From Escherichia phage vB_EcoM_HZ_ZJUN4, in the sequence record PP216085: a stretch of DNA of 64,000 nucleotides, one strand, 5' to 3'. This document shows, piece by piece, positions 1 to 9,850 of the stretch (position 1 is the stretch's first letter; the number at the start of each line of letters is the position of its first letter). The notes below the pieces were generated by a model, which worked only from the letters and a program-made list of their open reading frames with translations, searched no databases and had not been told where the DNA came from. The position numbers and the translations under genes are program-made.

Positions 1-27
1 AAATCTCACTAATTGAACGAGGTTCAT

Positions 28-945
28 ATGGATTTAGAAATGATGCTGGATGAAGATTACAAAGAAGGAATTTGCTTAATTGACTTTAGTCAAATTGCAC
101 TTTCGACTGCTCTAGTAAACTTTCCAGATAAAGAAAAAATTAATTTATCAATGGTTCGTCATTTGATATTGAACTCAATTAAGTTTAATGTCAAAAAAGC
201 AAAAACTCTTGGATACACTAAAATTATACTGTGTATCGATAACGCAAAATCAGGATATTGGCGTCGTGATTTTGCTTATTATTATAAGAAAAACCGTGGA
301 AAAGCACGAGAAGAATCTACTTGGGACTGGGAAGGTTATTTTGAATCCAGTCATAAAGTTATAGATGAATTGAAAGCTTATATGCCATACATTGTTATGG
401 ATATTGATAAGTATGAAGCAGATGACCACATTGCTGTTCTTGTTAAAAAGTTCTCTTTAGAAGGACACAAGATTTTAATCATTTCATCGGATGGTGACTT
501 TACTCAACTTCATAAGTATCCAAATGTTAAGCAATGGTCACCGATGCATAAGAAATGGGTTAAAATTAAAAGCGGTTCTGCTGAAATTGACTGCATGACT
601 AAAATCCTTAAAGGTGATAAAAAGGATAACGTCGCTTCAGTTAAAGTACGATCTGACTTTTGGTTTACCAGAGTTGAAGGTGAACGAACTCCTTCAATGA
701 AAACCTCTATTGTTGAAGCTATTGCTAATGACCGTGAGCAAGCTAAGGTGCTTCTCACAGAATCTGAATATAATCGTTATAAAGAAAATTTAGTTCTAAT
801 TGATTTTGATTATATTCCTGATAATATTGCTTCAAACATTGTGAATTACTATAATTCATATAAATTACCACCGCGTGGCAAAATTTATTCATATTTTGTA
901 AAAGCGGGTCTTTCTAAATTAACTAATAGCATTAATGAATTTTGA
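28..945 (+). CDS. rnh: RNase H (5'-3' exonuclease/flap endonuclease), 305 aa
   Basis: Translation MDLEMMLDEDYKEGICLIDF... matches T4 RNase H from memory over full length; GAGG RBS 5 nt upstream of ATG at 28; ORF-track start at 13 is a TTG extension. Confidence 0.93.
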   Translation: MDLEMMLDEDYKEGICLIDFSQIALSTALVNFPDKEKINLSMVRHLILNSIKFNVKKAKTLGYTKIILCIDNAKSGYWRRDFAYYYKKNRGKAREESTWDWEGYFESSHKVIDELKAYMPYIVMDIDKYEADDHIAVLVKKFSLEGHKILIISSDGDFTQLHKYPNVKQWSPMHKKWVKIKSGSAEIDCMTKILKGDKKDNVASVKVRSDFWFTRVEGERTPSMKTSIVEAIANDREQAKVLLTESEYNRYKENLVLIDFDYIPDNIASNIVNYYNSYKLPPRGKIYSYFVKAGLSKLTNSINEF

Positions 946-953
946 GGTGAATA

Positions 954-1223
954 ATGGCTAAAAAAGAAATGGTTGAATTTGATGAAGCTATCCATGGCGA
1001 AGACTTGGCTAAATTTATTAAAGAAGCATCTGATCATAAACTGAAAATTTCTGGTTATAATGAATTGATTAAAGATATTCGAATTCGTGCCAAAGATGAA
1101 CTTGGCGTTGATGGTAAGATGTTTAATCGTCTATTAGCTTTGTATCATAAAGATAACCGTGATGTGTTTGAAGCTGAAACCGAAGAGGTAGTTGAACTTT
1201 ATGACACAGTTTTCTCTAAATGA
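954..1223 (+). CDS. dsbA: dsDNA-binding protein DsbA (late transcription enhancer), 89 aa
   Basis: 89 aa ORF MAKKEMVEFDEAIHGEDLAKF... in conserved position between rnh and gene 33; size and sequence match T4 DsbA. Confidence 0.88.
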   Translation: MAKKEMVEFDEAIHGEDLAKFIKEASDHKLKISGYNELIKDIRIRAKDELGVDGKMFNRLLALYHKDNRDVFEAETEEVVELYDTVFSK

Positions 1224-1539
1224 TATTCGTCCGGTCGATGAGACCGGTCTTTCAGAAAAAGAACTTTCAATTAAGAAAGAAAAGGATGAAATAGCAAAGC
1301 TTCTTGACCGTCAAGAAAATGGATTTATTATTGAAAAAATGGTAGAAGAGTTTGGAATGAGTTATCTTGAAGCTACAACAGCATTCTTGGAAGAAAATTC
1401 TATTCCTGAAACCCAATTTGCTAAATTTATTCCTTCGGGTATAATTGAAAAAATTCAGTCAGAAGCTATTGACGAAAATCTTTTACGTCCTTCTGTAGTT
1501 CGTTGTGAAAAAACTAATACATTAGATTTTCTACTATGA
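1201..1539 (+). CDS. 33: gp33 late-transcription co-activator, 112 aa
   Basis: MTQFSLNDIRPVDETGLSEKE... from ATG at 1201; overlaps dsbA 3' end; ORF-track start at 1192 is TTG. Confidence 0.9.
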   Translation: MTQFSLNDIRPVDETGLSEKELSIKKEKDEIAKLLDRQENGFIIEKMVEEFGMSYLEATTAFLEENSIPETQFAKFIPSGIIEKIQSEAIDENLLRPSVVRCEKTNTLDFLL

Positions 1540-2189
1540 TTAAACTCCGCATGCCTGCTGGTGGTGAAAGATACATTGATGGTAAATCAGTTTATAAATT
1601 ATACTTAATGATAAAACAACATATGAATGGAAAGTATGATGTAATTAAGTATAATTGGTGCATGCGGGTGTCTGATGCCGCTTATCAAAAGCGAAGGGAT
1701 AAGTATTTTTTCCAGAAGTTATCAGAAAAATATAAATTAAAGGAACTTGCTTTAATCTTTATAAGCAATCTTGTTGCTAACCAGGATGCTTGGATTGGTG
1801 ACATCTCTGACGCTGATGCACTTGTGTTTTATCGTGAATATATCGGACGCTTAAAGCAAATTAAATTTAAGTTTGAAGAAGATATTCGCAACATTTATTA
1901 TTTTAGTAAAAAAGTTGAAGTTTCTGCTTTTAAAGAAATTTTTGAATATAATCCAAAAGTTCAATCAAGTTATATTTTTAAACTACTTCAATCGAATATA
2001 ATTTCGTTTGAGACGTTTATCTTGCTTGATTCGTTTTTAAATATAATTGATAAACATGATGAACAGACTGATAATTTAGTCTGGAATAATTATTCTATAA
2101 AGTTAAAGGCTTATAGAAAAATTTTAAATATTGATTCACAGAAAGCCAAAAGTGTTTTCATTGAAACTGTGAAATCCTGTAAGTATTGA
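1536..2189 (+). CDS. 59: gp59 helicase loader, 217 aa
   Basis: MIKLRMPAGGERYIDGKSVYKLYLMIKQ..., 217 aa as in T4; start overlaps gene 33 stop (ATGA). Confidence 0.95.
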   Translation: MIKLRMPAGGERYIDGKSVYKLYLMIKQHMNGKYDVIKYNWCMRVSDAAYQKRRDKYFFQKLSEKYKLKELALIFISNLVANQDAWIGDISDADALVFYREYIGRLKQIKFKFEEDIRNIYYFSKKVEVSAFKEIFEYNPKVQSSYIFKLLQSNIISFETFILLDSFLNIIDKHDEQTDNLVWNNYSIKLKAYRKILNIDSQKAKSVFIETVKSCKY

Positions 2190-2190
2190 T

Positions 2191-2823
2191 ATGAATATAG
2201 TATATTGGTTTACATTTGAAGACCGTGTCAAAAATAAGACTCCGCCGTACTACTATATCGGCAGTAAATTAAATTGCTCATTTGAGAATGGAATAATATA
2301 TGACTCTTCCGGAAAGGAATACTGGAGCTCGTGCAAACAAAAAAGATTTTTAAATGCGGTGATGCTTCAAAAACCGAGCGTTAAAATAATTCAAATTGAT
2401 GATGATTTGGATGTTATTGAAGCAGAGCGAAAATACCAACTTGAAGTAAATGCCAGAGATAATCCAGACTATTTTAATCTGGTATATGCTGGCGGCGGAT
2501 TTGGTGTGAGTGGTGAAACTCATCCAGCCAAAGACCCGGAAGTTAGAGAGCATATGAGATTGGCTAATTATATGAACCGTGACGATTTTAGACCTTGGAA
2601 AACATCACGAGCTAATATAGAGTCTTGGAAATTATCTCATATTGCTTACGAGAATTATGTGTTATTATTATCCTCTAATCTGTACGGTAAAACTCCTGGA
2701 TGGCGAAGAGTTAAAGGTAATATAAATATAACTGATACAACTGCTAAATCGATGGTAAAGTATTTCAACTCAGGTTGGATACCTCTCGAAGACCCAGAGT
2801 ATTGCGAATTATGCCAGCTATGA
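2191..2823 (+). CDS. segG: GIY-YIG family homing endonuclease (SegG-like), 210 aa
   Basis: N-terminal GIY-YIG-like module (IVYWFTF ... PYYYIGSK) followed by conserved R/E/N-containing stretch; occupies the slot between genes 59 and 32 where T4 ORF 32.1/segG lies. Confidence 0.6.
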   Translation: MNIVYWFTFEDRVKNKTPPYYYIGSKLNCSFENGIIYDSSGKEYWSSCKQKRFLNAVMLQKPSVKIIQIDDDLDVIEAERKYQLEVNARDNPDYFNLVYAGGGFGVSGETHPAKDPEVREHMRLANYMNRDDFRPWKTSRANIESWKLSHIAYENYVLLLSSNLYGKTPGWRRVKGNINITDTTAKSMVKYFNSGWIPLEDPEYCELCQL

Positions 2824-2873
2824 GGTAAAGTGTCATAGCACCAACTGTTAATTAAATTAAAAAGGAAATAAAA
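2824..2873 (+). promoter_or_regulatory. gene 32 translational operator (pseudoknot plus unstructured A/U-rich leader bound by gp32)
   Basis: TGAGGTAAAGTGTCATAGCACCAACTGTTAATTAAATTAAAAAGGAAATAAAAATG matches the classic T4 gene 32 autoregulatory leader. Confidence 0.7.
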
Positions 2874-3782
2874 ATGTTTAAACGTAAATCTACTGCTGAA
2901 CTCGCTGCACAAATGGCTAAACTGGCTGGAAATAAAGGTGGTTTTTCTTCTGAAGATAAAGGCGAGTGGAAACTGAAACTCGACAATGCAGGTAACGGCC
3001 AAGCAGTAATTCGTTTTCTTCCGTCTAAAAATGATGAACAAGCACCATTCGCACTTCTTGTAAATCACGGTTTCAAGAAAAATGGTAAATGGTATATCGA
3101 AACATGCTCATCTACCTACGGTGATTACGATTCTTGTCCAGTATGTCAGTACATCAGTAAAAATGATTTGTATAACACTGACAATAAAGAGTATGGTCTT
3201 GTTAAACGTAAAACTTCTTACTGGGCTAACATTCTTGTAGTAAAAGACCCAGCTGCTCCAGAAAATGAAGGTAAAGTATTTAAATACCGTTTCGGTAAGA
3301 AAATCTGGGATAAAATCAATGCAATGATTGCAGTTGATGTTGAAATGGGTGAAACTCCGGTTGATGTAACTTGTCCGTGGGAAGGTGCTAACTTTGTACT
3401 GAAAGTTAAACAAGTTTCTGGTTTTAGTAACTACGACGAATCTAAATTCCTGAATCAATCTGCGATTCCAAACATTGATGATGAATCTTTCCAGAAAGAA
3501 CTGTTCGAACAAATGGTTGACCTTTCTGAAATGACTTCTAAAGATAAATTCAAATCGTTTGAAGAACTGAGCACTAAGTTCAGTCAAGTTATGGGAACTG
3601 CTGCTATGGGTGGTGCCGCAGCAACTGCCGCTAAGAAAGCTGATAAAGTTGCTGATGATTTGGATGCATTTAATGTTGATGACTTCAAAACAAAAACTGA
3701 AGATGATTTTATGAGCTCAAGCTCTGGCAGTTCATCTAGTGCTGATGACACGGACCTGGATGACCTTTTGAATGACCTTTAA
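2874..3782 (+). CDS. 32: gp32 single-stranded DNA-binding protein, 302 aa
   Basis: [52 protein letters not shown]..., acidic Ser/Asp-rich C-terminus; matches T4 gp32. Confidence 0.97.
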   Translation: MFKRKSTAELAAQMAKLAGNKGGFSSEDKGEWKLKLDNAGNGQAVIRFLPSKNDEQAPFALLVNHGFKKNGKWYIETCSSTYGDYDSCPVCQYISKNDLYNTDNKEYGLVKRKTSYWANILVVKDPAAPENEGKVFKYRFGKKIWDKINAMIAVDVEMGETPVDVTCPWEGANFVLKVKQVSGFSNYDESKFLNQSAIPNIDDESFQKELFEQMVDLSEMTSKDKFKSFEELSTKFSQVMGTAAMGGAAATAAKKADKVADDLDAFNVDDFKTKTEDDFMSSSSGSSSSADDTDLDDLLNDL

Positions 3783-3804
3783 TAGATTATATTACTAATT
3801 AATT

Positions 3805-3830
3805 GGGGACCTCTAGGGTCCCCTTTTTTA
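3805..3830 (+). terminator. rho-independent terminator after gene 32
   Basis: GGGGACC-TCTA-GGGTCCCC stem-loop followed by TTTTTT. Confidence 0.75.
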
Positions 3831-3852
3831 TTTCAAAAATTTTCACAAAGTG

Positions 3853-3882
3853 GTTTACAAGCATAAAGCTTTATGGTACTAT
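3853..3882 (+). promoter_or_regulatory. early sigma70-type promoter
   Basis: GTTTACA -35 element, 17 bp spacer containing palindrome CATAAAGCTTTATG, -10 TACTAT. Confidence 0.5.
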
Positions 3883-3928
3883 ACAACTATCGGCAATACT
3901 GCTGATGATGATTAAAGAGGAAAATAAC

Positions 3929-4156
3929 ATGGCTAAAATTGATATTGATGTTGTTGATTTTGAATATATTGAAGAAATTATTCGTAATCGTTATCCTGAA
4001 CTCCGTATTACAAGCGCACTAAATGACCCCAATTGCAATGTTTCAGTTGTTATTGAAGGTCCTTTAAATCGTCTTGAACAATTTATGATTAATGAATATT
4101 GTGACGGTATGGATGCTGAAGATGTAGAATTTTACACAGGATTTATTGAGCAGTAA
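3929..4156 (+). CDS. hypothetical small early protein, 75 aa (frd.3-like position)
   Basis: ATG at 3929 with AAGAGG RBS 8 nt upstream; ORF-track start at 3803 lies inside the gene 32 terminator and upstream of the promoter, so the shorter start is preferred. Confidence 0.55.
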   Translation: MAKIDIDVVDFEYIEEIIRNRYPELRITSALNDPNCNVSVVIEGPLNRLEQFMINEYCDGMDAEDVEFYTGFIEQ

Positions 4157-4163
4157 TTATTAA

Positions 4164-4179
4164 GGGGCTATCAAGCCCC
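4164..4179 (+). other. intercistronic GC-rich stem-loop
   Basis: GGGGCT-ATCA-AGCCCC hairpin between two small ORFs; no clear U-run. Confidence 0.4.
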
Positions 4180-4200
4180 TATTAAAATGAGGAAAACACA

Positions 4201-4566
4201 ATGTATATCGGTAGAAAATATGAACTTGTTCCAAGACTTATTGATACATTTATTAATTATCGCCCGCGTTCTAATTCATCAATAGTTAAAATTATTCAAG
4301 AAAATGGCGGATGGTTTGAAGTTAAAGAAGCTTTCTTTGCTGATGGATTTAGAGTAATAAAACACATTGAATGCGCTAATGGAAAGCATTTTTACTTCAA
4401 CGTCTGTGAAGACGAATTTCATTGTTTCCGCGAGTATAAAGAACTGACTTCTGAAGAAGATGAAGTCGAAGACAAGGTTTCTGGCGTAACAAAAATTCAC
4501 TGCATTGTAGATGAAAACAATGTAGACGAAATCATTGAACTTTTACGAAAAACTTTCAAAAAGTAG
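4201..4566 (+). CDS. hypothetical early protein, 121 aa
   Basis: ORF with TGAGGA RBS; conserved-position small ORF between 32 and frd. Confidence 0.55.
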   Translation: MYIGRKYELVPRLIDTFINYRPRSNSSIVKIIQENGGWFEVKEAFFADGFRVIKHIECANGKHFYFNVCEDEFHCFREYKELTSEEDEVEDKVSGVTKIHCIVDENNVDEIIELLRKTFKK

Positions 4567-4595
4567 TTTACAGAAGGGTAGTAGTGTGATACTAT
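4566..4595 (+). promoter_or_regulatory. early sigma70-type promoter
   Basis: GTTTACA, spacer with GGGTAGTA/TATTACCC dyad, extended -10 TGTGATACTAT. Confidence 0.5.
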
Positions 4596-4620
4596 TACCC
4601 TATCAACTGAGGAGAATAAA

Positions 4621-4863
4621 ATGAGATTACAACGCCAGAGCATCAAAGATTCAGAAGTTAGAGGTAAATGGTATTTTAATATCATCGGTAAAGATTCTGA
4701 ACTTGTTGAAAAAGCTGAACATCTTTTACGTGATATGGGATGGGAAGATGAATGCGATGGATGTCCTCTTTATGAAGATGGAGAAAGCGCAGGATTCTGG
4801 ATTTACCATTCTGACGTTGAACAGTTTAAAGCTGATTGGAAAATTGTGAAAAAGTCTGTTTAA
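4621..4863 (+). CDS. hypothetical early protein, 80 aa
   Basis: ORF with GAGGAG RBS immediately upstream. Confidence 0.55.
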   Translation: MRLQRQSIKDSEVRGKWYFNIIGKDSELVEKAEHLLRDMGWEDECDGCPLYEDGESAGFWIYHSDVEQFKADWKIVKKSV

Positions 4864-4873
4864 GGAAAATAAT

Positions 4874-5700
<827 letters not shown>

Positions 5701-5720
5701 AATAACGCGTGGCGGAAAAT

Positions 5721-6071
5721 ATGAACTTTAATTATTATCCTATTCTATTAGAAAAAGACGCGAAACAACCAAAATGGCAGGGTCCTCAGTTTATTAAAGG
5801 CGTCTATCAATTAGTAGTTCCCAAAGATAAGATTTATAGCAGCAGTTATTGCACTGAATCCGCTTGCAGTATTTTCGGTAATAGTTCTCCGTATTGGAAT
5901 TTTGATATAAAATTGGATAGAAATATCGATATTTGGTTGAAAGCTATGGATATTGGCAATATCACGTTTGATGAGAATAATTATCATATTATTGGTCGTT
6001 TTTCCAAACGTGGTAAAGAATTATATTTCACTCCTGAAATCGAAAGAAAATTTGATGCTAAACCGTATTGA
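5721..6071 (+). CDS. hypothetical protein, about 116 aa, inserted between frd and td
   Basis: ORF MNFNYYPILLEKDAKQPKWQGPQF... (ORF-track GTG start at 5709; ATG at 5721); no similarity I recognise. Confidence 0.45.
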   Translation: MNFNYYPILLEKDAKQPKWQGPQFIKGVYQLVVPKDKIYSSSYCTESACSIFGNSSPYWNFDIKLDRNIDIWLKAMDIGNITFDENNYHIIGRFSKRGKELYFTPEIERKFDAKPY

Positions 6072-6116
6072 TTATTTAGCTTCATAAAATGTATTATAAT
6101 TTATATAAGGTACTAA

Positions 6117-6977
6117 ATGAAACAATACCAAGATTTAATTAAAGACATTTTTGAAAATGGCTATGAAACTGATGACCGAACAGGCACAGGAACAATTGCT
6201 TTGTTCGGTACTAAATTACGCTGGGATTTAACTAAAGGTTTTCCTGCAGTAACAACTAAGAAGCTCGCCTGGAAAGCTTGCATTGCTGAGCTACTTTGGT
6301 TTTTATCAGGAAGCACAAATGTCAATGATTTGCGATTAATTCAACATGATTCATTAATTCAAGGCAAAACAGTCTGGGATGAAAATTACGAAAATCAAGC
6401 AAAAGATTTAGGATATCATAGTGGTGAACTTGGTCCAATTTATGGAAAACAGTGGCGTGATTTTGGCGGTGTAGACCAAATTATAGAAGTTATTGATCGT
6501 ATTAAAAAATTGCCAAATGATAGGCGTCAAATTGTTTCAGCATGGAATCCAGCTGAACTTAAACATATGGCATTACCACCTTGTCATATGTTTTATCAGT
6601 TTAATGTGCGTAATGGATATTTGGATTTACAGTGGTATCAAAGAAGTGTTGACGTGTTCTTGGGCTTGCCATTCAACATTGCATCATATGCTGCATTAGT
6701 TCATATTGTAGCTAAGATGTGTAATCTTATTCCAGGAGATTTGATATTTTCTGGCGGTAATACTCATATCTATATGAATCACGTAGAACAATGTAAAGAA
6801 ATTTTGCGTCGTGAACCTAAAGAGCTTTGTGAACTGGTAATAGGCGGATTGCCTTATAAATTCCGCCATCTTTCTACTAAAGAACAATTGGAATATGTTC
6901 TTAAACTCAGGCCTAAAGATTTCGTTCTTAAAGGTTACGAATCACACCCTCCTATTAAAGGAAAAATGGCGGTGTAA
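6117..6977 (+). CDS. td: thymidylate synthase, 286 aa, uninterrupted (no group I intron)
   Basis: MKQYQDLIKDIFENGYETDDRTGTGTIALFG...; continuous 286 aa reading frame including catalytic PCH motif; AAGG RBS. Confidence 0.97.
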   Translation: MKQYQDLIKDIFENGYETDDRTGTGTIALFGTKLRWDLTKGFPAVTTKKLAWKACIAELLWFLSGSTNVNDLRLIQHDSLIQGKTVWDENYENQAKDLGYHSGELGPIYGKQWRDFGGVDQIIEVIDRIKKLPNDRRQIVSAWNPAELKHMALPPCHMFYQFNVRNGYLDLQWYQRSVDVFLGLPFNIASYAALVHIVAKMCNLIPGDLIFSGGNTHIYMNHVEQCKEILRREPKELCELVIGGLPYKFRHLSTKEQLEYVLKLRPKDFVLKGYESHPPIKGKMAV

Positions 6978-7000
6978 TTAATTATTAATTGTGAGGATAT

Positions 7001-7264
7001 ATGATTTTACGATTTAAAGATACTTCTGGTGTAGTTCTTTTTACACTTCCTAATCCAAGTGAGTTAGAAGTTCCAGGACCAAATCAGCCTATTATCATTT
7101 ATGGCAAAAAATATTATACTCATAAAATGACTCGTGAGTATTTTGATAATAAAATTTCTACAGTTAAAACTTCTTCAGATTGTTACTATGATATTACTGT
7201 TTTAACGGAAAAACAATATGACGAATTATCACCGCGCGGGCCGTCTATGCCAAGTAGTGAATAA
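7001..7264 (+). CDS. hypothetical protein, 87 aa (nrdA.1-like position)
   Basis: ORF with GAGGA RBS between td and nrdA. Confidence 0.5.
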   Translation: MILRFKDTSGVVLFTLPNPSELEVPGPNQPIIIYGKKYYTHKMTREYFDNKISTVKTSSDCYYDITVLTEKQYDELSPRGPSMPSSE

Positions 7265-7544
7265 ATATAAATCCGACTTTGATGTTAATATTCACCGTGG
7301 TACATTTTGGGGAAATTACGTCGGTAAAGATGCTGGCAGCCGGGAGGCTGCCATTGAATTATTCAAAAAAGATTTTATACGTCGAATTAAATCCGGAGAA
7401 ATAACTAAAGCACATTTAGAGCCTTTACGTGGAATGAGGCTAGGATGCACATGTAAACCAAAGCCGTGTCATGGTGATATAATAGCTCATATAGTTAACC
7501 GATTGTTTAAAGACGATTTTCAAGTTGAGGACTTATGCAATTAA
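7218..7544 (+). CDS. hypothetical protein, 108 aa, Cys/His-rich C-terminal motif (nrdA.2-like position)
   Basis: ORF overlapping both neighbours; motif [12 protein letters not shown] suggests metal binding. Confidence 0.5.
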   Translation: MTNYHRAGRLCQVVNKYKSDFDVNIHRGTFWGNYVGKDAGSREAAIELFKKDFIRRIKSGEITKAHLEPLRGMRLGCTCKPKPCHGDIIAHIVNRLFKDDFQVEDLCN

Positions 7545-9799
7545 TTAATGTTATCAAAAGTAGTGGTGTTTCTCAGAGCTTTGACCCGCAAAAAATTATT
7601 AAAGTTTTATCTTGGGCAGCTGAAGGAACATCTGTAGATCCTTATGAATTATATGAAAATATTAAATCATATCTCCGTGATGGAATGACAACTGATGACA
7701 TTCAGACTATTGTCATTAAGGCTGCTGCGAATTCTATTTCAGTTGAAGAGCCTGATTATCAATACGTAGCTGCGCGCTGTTTAATGTTCGCTCTTCGTAA
7801 GCATGTTTACGGGCAATATGAACCGCGTTCATTTATTGACCATATTTCTTACTGTGTAAATGAAGGTAAATACGACCCTGAATTGTTGTCAAAATATTCA
7901 GCAGAAGAAATTACATTTTTAGAATCAAAAATTAAGCACGAGCGGGATATGGAATTTACTTATTCCGGGGCGATGCAATTAAAAGAAAAATATCTCGTTA
8001 AAGATAAAACCACTGGTCAAATTTATGAAACTCCGCAGTTTGCATTTATGACTATTGGAATGGCATTGCATCAAGATGAACCTGTTGACAGATTAAAACA
8101 TGTTATTCGTTTTTATGAAGCAGTATCTACTCGACAGATTTCATTACCAACTCCTATTATGGCTGGATGTCGTACTCCAACTCGGCAGTTTAGTTCATGT
8201 GTTGTTATTGAGGCAGGTGATTCGCTGAAGTCTATCAATAAGGCTTCCGCTTCAATTGTTGAATATATCTCCAAACGCGCTGGAATTGGAATTAACGTTG
8301 GTATGATTCGTGCCGAAGGTTCTAAGATTGGCACAGGTGAAGTGCGTCATACTGGTGTTATTCCTTTTTGGAAACATTTTCAGACTGCTGTTAAATCATG
8401 TTCACAGGGCGGAATTCGTGGCGGCGCTGCTACTGCTTATTATCCTATTTGGCATTTGGAAGTTGAAAATCTTCTCGTTTTGAAAAATAACAAAGGTGTA
8501 GAAGAAAACCGTATCCGTCATATGGATTATGGTGTTCAGCTGAATGATTTGATGATGGAACGATTCGGAAAGAACGATTACATTACTTTATTCAGTCCGC
8601 ATGAAATGGGTGGCGAGCTTTATTATTCTTATTTTAAAGACCAAGACCGTTTCCGCGAATTATACGAAGCAGCAGAAAAAGACCCTAATATTCGCAAAAA
8701 GCGTATTAAAGCCCGTGAACTATTTGAATTACTCATGACTGAACGATCAGGAACAGCAAGGATTTATGTACAGTTCATTGATAATACGAATAACTATACT
8801 CCGTTTATTCGTGAAAAGGCACCTATTCGTCAGAGTAACTTGTGTTGTGAAATTGCTATTCCAACAAATGATGTGAATAGTCCTGATGCTGAAATTGGAT
8901 TGTGTACGTTATCTGCATTTGTGTTGGATAACTTCGATTGGCAAGACCAAGATAAAATTAATGAATTAGCAGAAGTTCAAGTTCGCGCTCTTGATAATCT
9001 TTTGGATTACCAAGGATATCCAGTTCCTGAAGCAGAAAAAGCTAAAAAGCGTCGAAACCTTGGCGTAGGTGTTACTAACTATGCAGCTTGGCTGGCAAGT
9101 AACTTTGCTTCTTATGAAGATGCTAACGATTTAACACATGAACTATTTGAGAGATTACAGTATGGACTCATTAAAGCATCCATTAAACTCGCCAAAGAAA
9201 AAGGACCTTGCGAGTATTATTCAGACACTCGTTGGTCTCGAGGCGAATTACCTATCGACTGGTACAATAAAAAGATTGACCAAATCGCAGCTCCAAAATA
9301 CGTTTGTGACTGGTCGTCGCTGCGGGAAGACCTTAAGCTCTTTGGCATCCGTAATAGCACATTATCAGCACTTATGCCATGTGAGTCATCTTCCCAAGTT
9401 TCTAACAGTACAAACGGTATCGAGCCTCCACGTGGACCAGTCTCTGTTAAAGAATCAAAAGAGGGTTCCTTTAATCAAGTCGTGCCCAATATTGAGCATA
9501 ACATAGACCTCTATGATTATACGTGGAAATTAGCTAAGAAAGGCAATAAACCTTATCTTACGCAGGTAGCTATTATGCTGAAATGGGTATGTCAATCAGC
9601 TTCAGCGAATACATATTATGACCCGCAGATTTTTCCAAAAGGAAAGGTTCCAATGTCTGTAATGATTGATGACATGCTATACGGATGGTATTATGGCATT
9701 AAAAACTTCTATTATCATAATACTCGTGATGGTTCCGGTACTGATGATTACGAAATAGAAACTCCAAAAGCTGAAGATTGTTCATCCTGTAAATTATGA
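7535..9799 (+). CDS. nrdA: ribonucleotide reductase large subunit, 754 aa
   Basis: 754 aa; N-terminal ATP-cone-like region, catalytic Cys-containing motifs (NLCCEI, PCESS), C-terminal CSSCKL; matches T4 NrdA. Confidence 0.97.
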   Translation: MQLINVIKSSGVSQSFDPQKIIKVLSWAAEGTSVDPYELYENIKSYLRDGMTTDDIQTIVIKAAANSISVEEPDYQYVAARCLMFALRKHVYGQYEPRSFIDHISYCVNEGKYDPELLSKYSAEEITFLESKIKHERDMEFTYSGAMQLKEKYLVKDKTTGQIYETPQFAFMTIGMALHQDEPVDRLKHVIRFYEAVSTRQISLPTPIMAGCRTPTRQFSSCVVIEAGDSLKSINKASASIVEYISKRAGIGINVGMIRAEGSKIGTGEVRHTGVIPFWKHFQTAVKSCSQGGIRGGAATAYYPIWHLEVENLLVLKNNKGVEENRIRHMDYGVQLNDLMMERFGKNDYITLFSPHEMGGELYYSYFKDQDRFRELYEAAEKDPNIRKKRIKARELFELLMTERSGTARIYVQFIDNTNNYTPFIREKAPIRQSNLCCEIAIPTNDVNSPDAEIGLCTLSAFVLDNFDWQDQDKINELAEVQVRALDNLLDYQGYPVPEAEKAKKRRNLGVGVTNYAAWLASNFASYEDANDLTHELFERLQYGLIKASIKLAKEKGPCEYYSDTRWSRGELPIDWYNKKIDQIAAPKYVCDWSSLREDLKLFGIRNSTLSALMPCESSSQVSNSTNGIEPPRGPVSVKESKEGSFNQVVPNIEHNIDLYDYTWKLAKKGNKPYLTQVAIMLKWVCQSASANTYYDPQIFPKGKVPMSVMIDDMLYGWYYGIKNFYYHNTRDGSGTDDYEIETPKAEDCSSCKL

Positions 9800-9850
9800 T
9801 ATAATTTGACTCACGGACGAGTCACTATCTATTAACTAAGCGGAAAATTT

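Noticed and set aside
13-27. N-terminal extensions proposed by the ORF track from TTG/GTG starts (rnh at 13, gene 33 at 1192, denA at 11033, ORF at 5709, gene 20 at 48377, gene 11 at 59672)
   Set aside because: In each case a downstream ATG with a proper Shine-Dalgarno reproduces the known T4 protein N-terminus; the extensions lack an RBS or cross terminators.
510-758. Antisense 82-aa ORF inside rnh, and the many similar 60-160 aa ORFs on the opposite strand of confidently identified genes (e.g. 2350-2553, 2655-3068, 3108-3587, 8113-8334, 10493-10756, 12432-12863, 14506-14883, 37940-38516, 44040-44444, 44953-45297, 56453-57022, 62705-63040)
   Set aside because: Each lies wholly within, and antisense or out of frame to, a gene whose product matches a known T4 protein; no RBS or promoter support, and AT-rich sequence generates such frames by chance.
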